Assembly (NCBI GenBank): GCA_963798485.1
Contig: CAWCTR010000031.1
Location: 1-43,950, forward strand
Length of the DNA: 43,950 bases
Origin: an uncultured delta proteobacterium
GTDB taxonomy: Bacteria; Desulfobacterota; Desulfomonilia; UBA1062
Direction: 5' to 3'
Shown in pieces: positions 27,799 through 37,952 of the stretch (positions are counted from its first letter, which is position 1; every line of letters begins with the position of its first letter). The notes under the pieces were generated by a model. It made no database searches and was not told the origin of the DNA. It was given only the letters and a program-made list of their open reading frames with translations. The position numbers and the translations under genes were made by a program.

Positions 27799-28851
27799 AT
27801 GGATATTGACCATAATGAGTTCGGAAACGGCAGGATCATCATTATCCTTGCATGCGCAGTGATCATAATTGCCGGCATGCGAGAGGCCTCTCCTATCATC
27901 GTGCCTTTTCTTCTCTCAATCTTCATAGCAATAATGTGCGGCAGGCCGTTCTCCTGGATGCGAAGAAAAGGTGTCCCTGCATTTATTGGCATTTTCATCA
28001 TTATTGCGGTTATCTTTGGCGTCATCTTCGGTGTGGGGGCATATATCGGTGCATCAGTAAGCGACTTTCTTCAACAGCTGCCGCTGTATCAGAAACGTAT
28101 CCATGTCCTGATGATTATGATTATTCAATGGCTGAGGACCTTCCACATCTATATCTCCGAGAGGATGATCCTCCAGTATTTCGACCCCGGCTCAATCATG
28201 GAGATCATTGCCAACCTTTTAAGCGGCCTCGGAAGTGCGCTCTCCTATGCCTTCCTGATCCTCTTCACCGTTGTGTTCATCCTCATTGAATCATCGAGCT
28301 TTTCCAAAAAGGTTTTGATGTGCGGCACATCAGTACGCAGCCTGGAGACTATCGACCGGATCCTACAAAGCATGGAGAAGTACATTGCGCTGAAGACATG
28401 GATAAGCCTGGCCACCGGGATTGTGGTGATGCTCTGGCTCATGGAGATCGGGGTCAATTACCCCGTTTTATGGGGTGTAGTGGCCTTTCTCTTGAACTAT
28501 ATACCAACCATCGGCCCCTTTATTGCCGCCATACCCCCTATTCTGCTCTCGCTGATCGACCAGGGTCTGGGTTCAGCCGGCCTGGTGACCCTAGGATATA
28601 TTGTTATCAAGACAGTGATAGGCGATATCTTGGAGCCCATATTTATGGGGAGAGGCCTTTCTCTTTCAATGCTCGTGGTCATTCTCTCACTGATCTTCTG
28701 GGGCTGGGTGCTTGGCCCGGTAGGCATGCTGCTGTCCGTACCTCTCACCATGATATTCAAGATAACGTGCGAGAGCTTCCCGGCCACGAGGTGGATCGCA
28801 ATCCTCCTGGGTTCCGAAGCGTCTCCCTCATTAAGAAGAGAGGACCTATGA
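27799..28851 (+). CDS. AI-2E family transporter
   Basis: Multi-TM; LLNYIPTIG, ILEPIFMGRGLSLS, FWGWVLGPVGMLLSVPLT; start uncertain (27790 or 27799). Confidence 0.9.
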   Translation: MDIDHNEFGNGRIIIILACAVIIIAGMREASPIIVPFLLSIFIAIMCGRPFSWMRRKGVPAFIGIFIIIAVIFGVIFGVGAYIGASVSDFLQQLPLYQKRIHVLMIMIIQWLRTFHIYISERMILQYFDPGSIMEIIANLLSGLGSALSYAFLILFTVVFILIESSSFSKKVLMCGTSVRSLETIDRILQSMEKYIALKTWISLATGIVVMLWLMEIGVNYPVLWGVVAFLLNYIPTIGPFIAAIPPILLSLIDQGLGSAGLVTLGYIVIKTVIGDILEPIFMGRGLSLSMLVVILSLIFWGWVLGPVGMLLSVPLTMIFKITCESFPATRWIAILLGSEASPSLRREDL

Positions 28852-29543
28852 AACGATCGGGGTTGTTAATGTCACTGCTGCTGCTCATCCTCTTCCCTTT
28901 ACAAAGCCCTGCGGCAGCCGATCCCGTTGCATCAGCCCGTCTTCAGAATTCGCTGCTGACATTTTCAAGGATCATGGCATCCCCCCAAACGGCAATACCG
29001 CCCATTCTCCTCCGGAGTGCCGAAGGGATTGCAATTATCCCGGGCATGGTCAGGGCCAGTTTTTTTGTGGGCGCCAGATTCGGCAAGGGCGTGCTCATGG
29101 TCAGGGGGAAAAAAGGACAGTGGGGCAACCCGGTCCTCATTACCATCAATGGAGGGAGCTTCGGCCTGCAGATGGGCCTGCAATCCACTGATCTCGTACT
29201 GGTCTTCAGAAGAAGCCGGGCACTGGAGATGAAGGCAACGAGGAATGTCATTCTGGGAACCGACGTGTCCATCGTGGCCGGTACCTTGGGGCTGGACATG
29301 GACGAGACTACGGAGTCCGATCTCAATGCCGAGATTTATTCTTTCTCAAAGTCCACAGGCCTGAATGCCGGCTTTGCCCTCCAAGGCGCCACATTGCGGA
29401 TTGACGATACAGCGACAGCAGCCCTCTACGGAAAAAAGGGGCTTACAGCCCAGGATGTACTCTGGGGTAAGGTTGAAACGGCCACACCCGAGGTGCTTAG
29501 GTTCAGGGATAATTTCGTGAAGATTATAGGCAACGCCCGATAA
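28848..29543 (+). CDS. Lipid-binding SYLF/YSC84 domain protein
   Basis: Signal peptide; IAIIPG...FFVGARFGKG, GGSFGLQMGLQSTDLVLVF, YSFSKSTG; ATGA-coupled start at 28848. Confidence 0.88.
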   Translation: MKRSGLLMSLLLLILFPLQSPAAADPVASARLQNSLLTFSRIMASPQTAIPPILLRSAEGIAIIPGMVRASFFVGARFGKGVLMVRGKKGQWGNPVLITINGGSFGLQMGLQSTDLVLVFRRSRALEMKATRNVILGTDVSIVAGTLGLDMDETTESDLNAEIYSFSKSTGLNAGFALQGATLRIDDTATAALYGKKGLTAQDVLWGKVETATPEVLRFRDNFVKIIGNAR

Positions 29544-29603
29544 GGAGGGTTCTTATCAACACCCTTCATTTTATCTCAAAACACAATAGTACGCTTCAAA
29601 CAT

Positions 29604-30791
29604 TCAGACAATTTCTACCCGTGCAAACCTCCGCTTACCCACCTTGATGACATGGCTGCCCTTGGTGAGTACATATTCACCATCAGCGATCTTCTCCTCA
29701 CCAATATGAACAGCGCCCTGTGCAATCATACGCCTGGCCTCGGATGTGCCGCCCACGAGCCCTGCCTCCTTGAGCACTGCGCAGATCCATGGCCTTTCCA
29801 AATTGAGGGTGACCATAGGGATGTCCTCGGGCAATTCCCTGGACTTAAAGACCTTCACAAAGCCTTCCTGGGCTGCATCTGCCCGAGGCTTACCGTGAAA
29901 CCGCTCCACCATCTCGTATGCCAGCTTCATCTTGGCATCCATAGGGTGCAGGCTTCCTGCCTCTACGGCCTTCTTCATCTGACCAATCTGAGGTAAGGTT
30001 TTAGAACTCAGCAGCTCATAGTACTTCCACATAAGTAAGTCCGTTATGGACATTACCTTGCCGAACATATCACCGGGCGCATCATCCACACCAATGTAAT
30101 TGTTATATGACTTGCTCATCTTCTGGACACCGTCGGTGCCTTCAAGCAGCGGCAGGGTCATGATGACCTGTGCCTCCTGGCCAAAGGCCTTCTGTACCTC
30201 ACGGCCCATAAGCAGGTTGAAGACCTGGTCGGTGCCGCCCAGCTCTACGTCGGCCTCCAGAGCAACCGAGTCATAGCCTTGGACAAAGGGATAGAGAAAC
30301 TCGTGTATGCTGATGGGGTGTCGAGCCTGAAAGCGCTTCTTGAAGTCATCCCGTTCCAGCATGCGTGCTACGGTCTGGACCGAGGTGAGCTTGATGAAGT
30401 CGGCGACCACCATGTTGTCCATCCACTCGGAATTGAACCTCATAATCGTACGGTTCGGGTCAAGAATCTTCTTCACCTGGTCCTGATAGGTCTTGGCGTT
30501 CTCGAGAACTTCCTTTCTGGTGAGCGGCGGCCTGGTGGAACTCCTGCCGCTCGGGTCTCCGATCATGCCGGTGAAATCTCCGATAAGGCAAATTACATCG
30601 TGCCCGGCATCTTGGAATTGCCTCATCTTCTGGAGCACCACCGTATGGCCCAGATGGATATCCGGGGCTGTCGGGTCGAAGCCTACCTTGATCTTCAGAG
30701 GCCTGCCCTTTTTGAGTTTGGCTATGAGCTCCTGTTCTGAAACGATGTCGACGATGCCCCGTTTGAGTTCAGCTAATTGTTGTTCGAACAC
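29604..30791 (-). CDS. tyrS: Tyrosine--tRNA ligase
   Basis: [30 protein letters not shown]4 domain KVGKRRF. Confidence 0.97.
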   Translation of the reverse strand: MFEQQLAELKRGIVDIVSEQELIAKLKKGRPLKIKVGFDPTAPDIHLGHTVVLQKMRQFQDAGHDVICLIGDFTGMIGDPSGRSSTRPPLTRKEVLENAKTYQDQVKKILDPNRTIMRFNSEWMDNMVVADFIKLTSVQTVARMLERDDFKKRFQARHPISIHEFLYPFVQGYDSVALEADVELGGTDQVFNLLMGREVQKAFGQEAQVIMTLPLLEGTDGVQKMSKSYNNYIGVDDAPGDMFGKVMSITDLLMWKYYELLSSKTLPQIGQMKKAVEAGSLHPMDAKMKLAYEMVERFHGKPRADAAQEGFVKVFKSRELPEDIPMVTLNLERPWICAVLKEAGLVGGTSEARRMIAQGAVHIGEEKIADGEYVLTKGSHVIKVGKRRFARVEIV

Positions 30792-30812
30792 GATGTTCCC
30801 CTTTCTTCAAAT

Positions 30813-30877
30813 GGGGTCAGGTCTTGCCTTTTGCCGGCGATATTGGATATCGCCGGCAAAAGGCAAGACCTGACCCC
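30813..30877. repeat. GGGGTCAG-ended palindromic element, copy 2 (perfect 31-bp arms)
   Basis: GGGGTCAGGTCTTGCCTTTTGCCGGCGATAT-TGG-ATATCGCCGGCAAAAGGCAAGACCTGACCCC. Confidence 0.9.
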
Positions 30878-30885
30878 CGTATACC

Positions 30886-32439
30886 CTATTTCGCAAACCT
30901 GATGGCCCTGCTCTCGCGGATCACCACCACCCTGATCTGGCCGGGATAGGTGAGTTTCTCCTCAATGGCCTTGGTGATGTCTTGTGCAAGATGGTCAGCC
31001 CCCTCGTCGCTGATCTTGTCCACATCCACCATGATGCGGACCTCCCGGCCTGCCTGGACGGCAAAGGCCTTGGCAACCCCATCGAAAGAGGTCGCAATGC
31101 CCTCAAGCTCTACAAGTCTCTTGACATAATTCTCCAGCATCTCGTGCCGAGCACCGGGACGTGCAGCAGAAAGCGAGTCGGCGGCCTGGACCAGAAACCC
31201 GTAGACCGAATTAACCGGGGACTCGTTGTGATGTGCCGAAATGGCTTCAACCACCTTGGTTGACTCGCCGTAGCGTTTGGCTATATCGGCCCCGATGATG
31301 GCATGCGACCCTTCAACCTCATGGTCCACTGCCTTGCCGATATCGTGGAGCAGGCCTATGCGCTTGGCATTCTTTTGGTTTACACCCAACTCCGCAGCGA
31401 TGATGCCGCACAAATGGGCCACCTCAAGGGAGTGCTGGTATACGTTCTGTGAGAAGCTGGTCCGGTATTTGAGTCTGCCTACAAGCTTGATGAGCTCCGG
31501 GTTTATCCCATGCAGGCCGAGCTCGAAGGTAGCTTGTTGACCGGCCTCCCAGACGTTGTCATTGATATCCTTTGTTACCTTCTCCACCACATCCTCGATA
31601 CGGGAGGGGTGAATCCTTCCATCAACGACAAGCGTCTCCAAGGAAAGCCGTGCGATCTCGCGCTTGATAGGGTCAAAACTTGAGATGATCACGGCATCGG
31701 GTGTGTCGTCAATGATGAGGTCAACGCCTGTTACCGCCTCAATGGAGCGGATATTGCGCCCTTCGCGGCCTATGATGCGGCCTTTCATCTCCTCACTCGG
31801 CAGGTTCACCACCGAGACGGTCCGTGCGCTCACCACATCGGTGGAATAACGCTGTATGGCGGTTGCCAAGATCCTCTTGGCCCGCTTGTCCGCCTCTGCT
31901 TCGGCCTCATCTTGTATCTGTTTCAAGAGCTTTGCCGCATCATGCCTGGCCTCACTCTCCAGAGACTGCATGAGCTCCTCCTTGGCCTGCCTGGAGTCCA
32001 TGCCGCTGATCTCCTCGAGTTTTTGTATCTGTTGGTTTTTAAGACTTTCCAGCTCAACCTTCACGGTCTCAAGGTTCCTTGTCCTGTCAGCAATAGATTG
32101 TTCGTTCTTTTTGATCTCCTGTTCGCGCTTATCGAACTGGGCAAGCTTGTTGTCTATCAACTCCTCACGCTGGTGAATCCGTTTTTCTACAGCGGATACT
32201 TCCTTCAGGCGTTCTTTGGACTCGGCATCGCTCTGGGCCTTTGCCGAAAAAATAATCTCTTTTGCCTCAATCTGGACATCCGAAATTATGTTTACCGCCT
32301 TCTTCTGGGCATCTTCGATCCTGCGTGCCGACTCTTCTTTGGCATCGCGGATGGCCTTGCCTTTCATGAGAACGTTAACACCGAACCCGATGCCTACGCC
32401 TATGAGCAGTGCAACGATTATATATGCTAGTTGTTCCAT
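30886..32439 (-). CDS. rny: Ribonuclease Y
   Basis: N-terminal TM plus coiled coil, KH domain MKGRIIGREGRNIR, HD domain GLLHDIGKA, AADSLSAARPGAR. Confidence 0.97.
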   Translation of the reverse strand: MEQLAYIIVALLIGVGIGFGVNVLMKGKAIRDAKEESARRIEDAQKKAVNIISDVQIEAKEIIFSAKAQSDAESKERLKEVSAVEKRIHQREELIDNKLAQFDKREQEIKKNEQSIADRTRNLETVKVELESLKNQQIQKLEEISGMDSRQAKEELMQSLESEARHDAAKLLKQIQDEAEAEADKRAKRILATAIQRYSTDVVSARTVSVVNLPSEEMKGRIIGREGRNIRSIEAVTGVDLIIDDTPDAVIISSFDPIKREIARLSLETLVVDGRIHPSRIEDVVEKVTKDINDNVWEAGQQATFELGLHGINPELIKLVGRLKYRTSFSQNVYQHSLEVAHLCGIIAAELGVNQKNAKRIGLLHDIGKAVDHEVEGSHAIIGADIAKRYGESTKVVEAISAHHNESPVNSVYGFLVQAADSLSAARPGARHEMLENYVKRLVELEGIATSFDGVAKAFAVQAGREVRIMVDVDKISDEGADHLAQDITKAIEEKLTYPGQIRVVVIRESRAIRFAK

Positions 32440-32448
32440 ATTGTTACC

Positions 32449-32994
32449 TCACCTTTTATATATTCCGGCTTGGGTTACCACGAAATCGACGAATGCATCC
32501 CATGGGTCAACAGGCAATTTTTCAAGGTAAAACTCATCCAGACAAACCCCGATGAAGGTTACGTCCGGACACTTTTCAATCAGCCTGTCGTAGTAGCCTT
32601 TCCCGTACCCAAGCCGGTGGCCGTACCGGTCAAAGGCTACTCCGGGGACAAAAATCAAATCGATTTCGCTTGGTTCCATGTTTCTGTGCGAGACGGGCTC
32701 CGGAATCCCGTAAGCCCCCTGCCTAAAATCCTTAACTGACGCGGCAGATGAGAAGACCAGATTATCCCCTGATACCTTTGGGAAGAGGATCCTTCTTTGT
32801 TCAGGTTGCCACAGGGAAAGGATGCTCACCTCCCCCCGGATGGGCATATACAGGGCCATGGATGACGCATTGCCATAACATGGCAATGCCAGGATGTGCT
32901 GAATAATAGCCGGTTCGTGACGTTTCAGCTCATCCTCGGCAATCGCTTGACGTCTTGCAAGCATCGCTTTACGCAATTGCGACTTGTCCTGCAT
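32449..32994 (-). CDS. ygfA: 5-formyltetrahydrofolate cyclo-ligase
   Basis: KSQLRK, GAYGIPEP, VPGVAFDRYGHRLGYGKGYYDR, PWD. Confidence 0.95.
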   Translation of the reverse strand: MQDKSQLRKAMLARRQAIAEDELKRHEPAIIQHILALPCYGNASSMALYMPIRGEVSILSLWQPEQRRILFPKVSGDNLVFSSAASVKDFRQGAYGIPEPVSHRNMEPSEIDLIFVPGVAFDRYGHRLGYGKGYYDRLIEKCPDVTFIGVCLDEFYLEKLPVDPWDAFVDFVVTQAGIYKR

Positions 32995-32995
32995 A

Positions 32996-33229
32996 TTCCC
33001 CCCCTGTTCAAGAGGGAAGGGGTGGAAGGTTAAGATTTCGCAAGAAAACCTTATTAAGGTGATGCCAACACAAGATTGTATGGGACCTTTGGCGGTCTTA
33101 TTCCGCTCGCCGTAAGCACTTACAAGTTAGGTTTTCCTCTCAGCGGAAAACCCTTTTACCACGTTGGTTAAAGGCGATGTCCCATACACACACTTTCTCG
33201 GGATGTTAAAGTCTTTTGACCAGGGGGAA
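32996..33229 (-). ncRNA. ssrS: 6S RNA
   Basis: Canonical position between zapA and ygfA. Closing stem TTCCCCCTGGTCAA / TTGAACAGGGGGGGAA and inner stem TGTATGGGAC / GTCCCATACA give a rod-like fold; ends approximate. Confidence 0.8.
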
Positions 33230-33243
33230 GGCCCTCATCTTCT

Positions 33244-33525
33244 TCATATTGTTACCTTATCGATATGCTCTATCAGCCGTTCTATCTTTTCTGTCACCGA
33301 ACTTTTCACTGTCTCCAGTTCCTGACGCGTCTTCGCCACATCATCGGCCATGTGCAACATGACCATTGCCACCAGTTCCGTGGTCGTCACTGCAGTGCCT
33401 CTTTGTTGAACATCAAATACCTTCTCATTGATATATCTCGACAATGACTGAATGTGGTCAGCATCCCCCCCGGCCTTCACCTTATATTCCTGCCCGAGTA
33501 TCAGTATGGTTACTGTGTTGTACAA
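33244..33525 (-). CDS. zapA: Cell division protein ZapA
   Basis: VTILILGQEYKVK...LSRYINEKV...VMLHMADD; follows the zapB-like gene. Confidence 0.88.
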   Translation of the reverse strand: MYNTVTILILGQEYKVKAGGDADHIQSLSRYINEKVFDVQQRGTAVTTTELVAMVMLHMADDVAKTRQELETVKSSVTEKIERLIEHIDKVTI

Positions 33526-33529
33526 AATC

Positions 33530-33760
33530 TTACAATGCTTCCACGCACTTAATTAGGTGTGCCACCTTCTGTTTGACCTGTTCTTTCTCTCCCAAGAGAT
33601 TGTCCATCTCCCGCTTTAAGCCTCTTGCTTCTTCCTCCTTTTCTCTGAGCTTGATAGTCAATTCTTCATTGGTTTTTTTCAGGCTATTCACCTTTTCGAC
33701 CAATTCATATATCTTTTCTTCAAGGCTCTCGAGTATCTCCAAAAGATAGTCTCCTTCCAT
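33530..33760 (-). CDS. zapB: Cell division protein ZapB-like coiled coil
   Basis: LEILESLEEKIYELVEKVNSLKKTNEEL...VKQKVAHLI; directly upstream of zapA. Confidence 0.75.
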   Translation of the reverse strand: MEGDYLLEILESLEEKIYELVEKVNSLKKTNEELTIKLREKEEEARGLKREMDNLLGEKEQVKQKVAHLIKCVEAL

Positions 33761-33881
33761 TATGCCTTAATGATTATACATCTATGCTGCCTATCAAAGT
33801 CAAGATACTTATTCATACGAATATTCACACATGACGCACCTAGGACCGATATGGTAAGGAGATTTTATATGGAGGTGCGCT

Positions 33882-34376
33882 ATGGTGAGACCCTACCTTG
33901 AAACACTCTTTGAAATGGCCAGACAGCTAAATGTAGCCGAGGACCTGCCGACCATATTCGACACGGTGGTGAATCATCTTCCAAAGGTTCTGGATGCCAA
34001 ATACTGCTCGCTCTTCACAAGGAACCCCTCGTCCGGCGATCTTGAGATCAAGGCCCATAATCATATCGACATAGGGCAGGACCCCTTCATTTCTGTGGGC
34101 ACCCAACGGGACAGCATCATGAATCTGGCGCTGGAACGCAACAGTTCGCTCATCATCAAGGATATCGAAGAGGAGATCGGACTACTGAACAAGGAAAAGT
34201 ATACCACAAAGTCGTTCATGTGCATCCTCATCAGGCAAAAGGAAAAGATGCTTGGCATATTGAACCTGGCCGATAAGTCAGCGGGCGGATTCACCAAGGA
34301 TGACATGCTCATTGCGTCCATTATATGTGATCTGCTCGGCGCCCTCTTGGCCCGCATTGATTACAGTGCGCTCTAA
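33882..34376 (+). CDS. Stand-alone GAF domain protein
   Basis: LDAKYCSLF, SLIIKDI, YTTKSFMCILI, LGILNLADK...FTKDD; GGAGGT RBS. Confidence 0.85.
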   Translation: MVRPYLETLFEMARQLNVAEDLPTIFDTVVNHLPKVLDAKYCSLFTRNPSSGDLEIKAHNHIDIGQDPFISVGTQRDSIMNLALERNSSLIIKDIEEEIGLLNKEKYTTKSFMCILIRQKEKMLGILNLADKSAGGFTKDDMLIASIICDLLGALLARIDYSAL

Positions 34377-34385
34377 GGCACGGTA

Positions 34386-35477
34386 ATGAGCTTTACCTGC
34401 GGCATAGTGGGGCTGCCCAATGCGGGCAAATCGACCCTCTTTAACCTCATCACCAAGGCTAATGCGCCCGCGGAGAGCTATCCGTTCTGCACCATTGACC
34501 CCAACATAGGGATCGTGAACGTACCCGATGAAAACCTCCAGGCCATTGCCCGTATCATCAAGCCCGAGAAGATCACCCCTACGACCTTAAAACTCTTTGA
34601 CATCGCCGGGCTCGTCAAGGGCGCCTACAAGGGCGAAGGCTTGGGCAACCAGTTCCTGGGACAGATCAGGGGAGTGGACGCCATCATCCACGTGGTCAGG
34701 TGCTTCCAGGATGCAAACGTCAGCCATGTCTATACCGACATCAACCCTGTCACCGACATGGAGATCATCCTGACAGAACTGGTCATGGCCGACCTGGAGC
34801 TTGTTCAGAAGCGGCTGGAGAACCTGAAAAAAGGCCTCAGGCTCGGAAAAAAGGATATCGCTGCAGGCGAGATGGAGCACCTGGAGGCCCTACAAGAGGT
34901 GCTTACCAAGGGCTCCTGTATCATAGACGCCGATATTTCCTTTGATCAGACTGAGATGAAGGCCTTGGGCCTGCTGACTGCCAAGCCCTACGTCATCGTG
35001 GCCAATGTCGGCGAGAATGACCTCACCAAGGGATCGGTCCACCATGATAACCTGAATGCCTGGGGAGAAAAAAAGGGCAAGATGGTGATTCCCATCTGCT
35101 CGAAGTTCGAACTCGAGGCCTCGGAGCTCGACGAGCCGGAGCGCAAGGAATTCCTGGAATCCATCGGCATAGAACGCTCAGGCTCCGAGGTGCTTATCAG
35201 TACGTGCTACAAGCTGCTGGATCTGATAACCTTCTACACCCCTGTCGGCAAAGAACTGAGGGCATGGACCCTGAAGAAGGGCGGCAACACATATGAGGCC
35301 GCAGGGCTCATTCACACCGACATACAGAAGGGTTTCATCAAGGCGGATGTCATATCTCTCGAAGACTTCCGGAAATACAGCGGGCTCCACGGCGCACGTG
35401 ATGCCGGGGCCATACTCATCGAGGGCAGGGAATTCATCTTACGGGACAATGACATCGTGGTGATCCATTTCAGATAG
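34386..35477 (+). CDS. ychF: Redox-regulated ATPase YchF
   Basis: CGIVGLPNAGKSTLFN, YPFCTIDPN, DIAGLVKGA..GEGLGNQFL, AAGLIHTD. Confidence 0.96.
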   Translation: MSFTCGIVGLPNAGKSTLFNLITKANAPAESYPFCTIDPNIGIVNVPDENLQAIARIIKPEKITPTTLKLFDIAGLVKGAYKGEGLGNQFLGQIRGVDAIIHVVRCFQDANVSHVYTDINPVTDMEIILTELVMADLELVQKRLENLKKGLRLGKKDIAAGEMEHLEALQEVLTKGSCIIDADISFDQTEMKALGLLTAKPYVIVANVGENDLTKGSVHHDNLNAWGEKKGKMVIPICSKFELEASELDEPERKEFLESIGIERSGSEVLISTCYKLLDLITFYTPVGKELRAWTLKKGGNTYEAAGLIHTDIQKGFIKADVISLEDFRKYSGLHGARDAGAILIEGREFILRDNDIVVIHFR

Positions 35478-35724
35478 AAGCATCAATGTAGCACTGGGTT
35501 AAGTTGTAAAACAACGCAATGGACCAGCAATCTGTTTGTCTGCAGCAAATAATTATAGGTGGGACCGTCACCATATTGTAAGGGATAAGCCTTATAAGTA
35601 AAATATAAATGTCAGTATTTTTTAGAATACTATCATTATTTTATAAGTCAACAATCAAACAGGGATAGCTTCTTTTATAGATCACGTGCTGCTGTCTCAA
35701 CATTTCGAGTTGATTGAGTAACGT

Positions 35725-35757
35725 AAAACAAGCCGGGTAGAGAGCCCGGCTTGTTTT
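35725..35757. terminator. Rho-independent terminator (bidirectional)
   Basis: AAAACAAGCCGGG-tagagag-CCCGGCTTGTTTT, just past the stop of 35768-36295. Confidence 0.8.
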
Positions 35758-35767
35758 AAAATGGAGT

Positions 35768-36295
35768 TCAGTTCTGGAACAATTGCGTTCTTTCCTTTTC
35801 AACAACATCGGGGCTGAAGTAATTAACCACATGGTTCTTAGCATCGAAGATCGTAACACCACCTTTGATGTCTTCCTTAGATGTAAACAAAACGTTCCCT
35901 TTATTGTCCAATGCTACAACACCTTCATTTGTGCGGGACAGAATGAGAGTGTTTCCTTTGTTGGCTATCGGGCTTACCTCGACAGTGTCCTTAGCCGCAT
36001 CATACTTCATGAGCACCTTTTCCTGTCCATTCTGGGCTATAGCGTTCTGTGTTCCAACGTTACTCGTCACAGGATTTTTTCCAGTCCAAAACTCAATTGA
36101 ATTGAGGACAATGCCATCAGCAAGCAATGTAAACCAATAGACCGGAGCTATAGCGCAGATTAAAAAAATTGCCTCATCTGCCCACTTTTGCTGACTCCGA
36201 TGGAAATGATAAACTTCCCTGGTCAGCTTGAATGATCCCGTGCAGCCCATTAAACATATTGCCAGAATAAGTAGATAGACCGTTACCTTTTTCAT
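35768..36295 (-). CDS. DUF3332 family lipoprotein
   Basis: Lipobox LMGC, GSFKLTR, KWADE, LADGIVLNSIEFWTGKNP; AAGGAGG RBS. Confidence 0.85.
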   Translation of the reverse strand: MKKVTVYLLILAICLMGCTGSFKLTREVYHFHRSQQKWADEAIFLICAIAPVYWFTLLADGIVLNSIEFWTGKNPVTSNVGTQNAIAQNGQEKVLMKYDAAKDTVEVSPIANKGNTLILSRTNEGVVALDNKGNVLFTSKEDIKGGVTIFDAKNHVVNYFSPDVVEKERTQLFQN

Positions 36296-36398
36296 ATATT
36301 CCTCCTTTTAAAGATACTTAGGTAGTGTCAAGAATGTTTCGCACTTTCTGATTTAGGTCTCTCTTTTTCGGAGTTGTACCTCCTTCATCAGTCTACTC

Positions 36399-36456
36399 AT
36401 CATGCAGAGGAACCGGAGGTGAGCCCGTAGGGCTCCCGGAGGTTCCTCTGCATGAT
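36399..36456. other. Long hairpin inside the IS256 3' non-coding end
   Basis: ATCATGCAGAGGAACC / GGTTCCTCTGCATGAT 16-bp arms with inner GAGCCC-gta-GGGCTC. Confidence 0.8.
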
Positions 36457-36462
36457 CAGCTG

Positions 36463-36735
36463 CTACACGTGCTCCTGCAGGATCTTCCTTGCCTTCCTCT
36501 TGTTATGACCTATATCAGCCCTCGACAGGTCATACACCAAGACCGGATAATCATAACTGTGAGTGCTAATCAGAAGGCATCCGTCAACATCAGTGATAGT
36601 GGCAATGTCCCCGCCTTTCTCGGTGTCCTTGAACCAGGTAGTATTCTCTGCCGTGATCTCCACCTCGATGGTTTCCAATCTGCCTTTTTGCGGATTGTAT
36701 ACGAGTAGCTTCATAGTGCCCGAGATCCTCATCAT
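36463..36735 (-). CDS. Hypothetical passenger protein inside IS256
   Basis: ATG overlaps the transposase TGA (ATGA), with GGAGG RBS inside the tnp 3' end; alternative start 36714 (MKLLVYNP). Confidence 0.7.
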   Translation of the reverse strand: MMRISGTMKLLVYNPQKGRLETIEVEITAENTTWFKDTEKGGDIATITDVDGCLLISTHSYDYPVLVYDLSRADIGHNKRKARKILQEHV

Positions 36736-37949
36736 GCCACCTCCCGCAACAATTCTTCATACAGCCTCTTCATGTTCAGATACACGCCGCTTCCCCATTT
36801 GCTCGATGCTATGTGTCGTAGCCTGGCCGCCACCAGCATCAATGCCGAGTGACCATCCGGAAAGCAGCCCACAACCCTTGTACGACGCCGGATCTCACGC
36901 ATGATCCTTTCCATTGGATTGTTCGTCCGGATCCTCCGCCAGTATTCACGGGGGAAGGACATGTAAGAAAGCGTCTCTTCTATGCCCTCTCTCACCAGTT
37001 TGGCTGCTGCCGGGAGCTTCATCCCATCCAAACGTGTGGCTACCTGTATTGCTTTCTCCTGGGCTGCCTGGTGGTCTTCCTGTCCATGGATCGCCTTGAG
37101 CATGGCTGCTACCTCTTTCACCTTGCCCCTGGGCACCAGGCTGAACACGTTCCGGTAGTAATGCACTACGCACCTCTGCCACTTCGCTTCGGGATAAAAT
37201 TCGTTTATTGATTCCACCAGACCCAGGCACTTATCCGAGATAACCAGTTGGACTCCCTTCAGTCCCCGGTCCTTGAGGTGTCTCAGAAAATTCTTCCAGC
37301 TCTCCCTGTCTTCCTTGGCCCCCTCAACTACTCCGATGATTTCCCGGTATCCGTCCTCGTTTACTCCGATACCAACAAGTACAGAGACGTTCTCGACTGT
37401 CCCTCCCCAGCTCCGCTTCAGCCAGATGCCGTCCAGGTAGACAAATGGGCATGATCCTTCCAGTGGTCGATTTCTCCATGATTCTATCTGCTCGTAGATC
37501 TTCTTGTTCAGATTGCTTACCGTTCCCGGTGATACCCTCGTCCCCCAGAGTGCTTCCGTGATATCCTCAACCCTCCGGACTGATACACCAGCAAGGTACA
37601 TCTCGATCAAAGCCTCTTCCACCGAGCTCTCCCGCCTCTTGTACCGCTCGATAATAGACGTCTCGAACGACAGCTTCCTCAGCTTCGGCACCTGCAGCTT
37701 GACCCGACCAACCTTCATATCAAAACTTCTCTCATAATGCCCAGCCCGGGTATCCTGCCTCTCTGCGCTCCGCTCGTACCGGCCGGCTCCCACCAACTGA
37801 TCAGCCTCTGCATCCAAAAGCCCGTTGATCATCTCTTCCACCGTGCCCCGGACCATCTCATCCAAATGACCTTTTATCTGGGCCTCATCGATCTGGATGA
37901 TTTTACCTTGACTTGAACCTGCCCCACCATTACCTTTCTTCTTACTCAT
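36732..37949 (-). CDS. IS256 family transposase
   Basis: EMYLAGVSVRRV, YLDG, ISD, WQRCVVH, RTNNPMERIMREIRRR. Confidence 0.97.
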   Translation of the reverse strand: MSKKKGNGGAGSSQGKIIQIDEAQIKGHLDEMVRGTVEEMINGLLDAEADQLVGAGRYERSAERQDTRAGHYERSFDMKVGRVKLQVPKLRKLSFETSIIERYKRRESSVEEALIEMYLAGVSVRRVEDITEALWGTRVSPGTVSNLNKKIYEQIESWRNRPLEGSCPFVYLDGIWLKRSWGGTVENVSVLVGIGVNEDGYREIIGVVEGAKEDRESWKNFLRHLKDRGLKGVQLVISDKCLGLVESINEFYPEAKWQRCVVHYYRNVFSLVPRGKVKEVAAMLKAIHGQEDHQAAQEKAIQVATRLDGMKLPAAAKLVREGIEETLSYMSFPREYWRRIRTNNPMERIMREIRRRTRVVGCFPDGHSALMLVAARLRHIASSKWGSGVYLNMKRLYEELLREVA

Positions 37950-37952
37950 TAA

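Noticed and set aside
28320-28847. Long N-terminal extension of the SYLF ORF
   Set aside because: Overlaps the AI-2E gene in another frame; the signal peptide and RBS start at 28848.
36300-36331. Outward TTGACA in the IS256 IR as a hybrid promoter for the DUF3332 gene
   Set aside because: At 16-18 bp spacing the -10 position falls on the RBS (AAAGGA), with no -10 hexamer.
36366-36392. Hammerhead-like core on the minus strand inside IS256 (CTGATGA-a-GGAG-gtacaa-CTCC-GAAA)
   Set aside because: Stem II forms, but I could not close stems I and III around a UH cleavage triplet. Treated as chance unless an Infernal hammerhead search hits.
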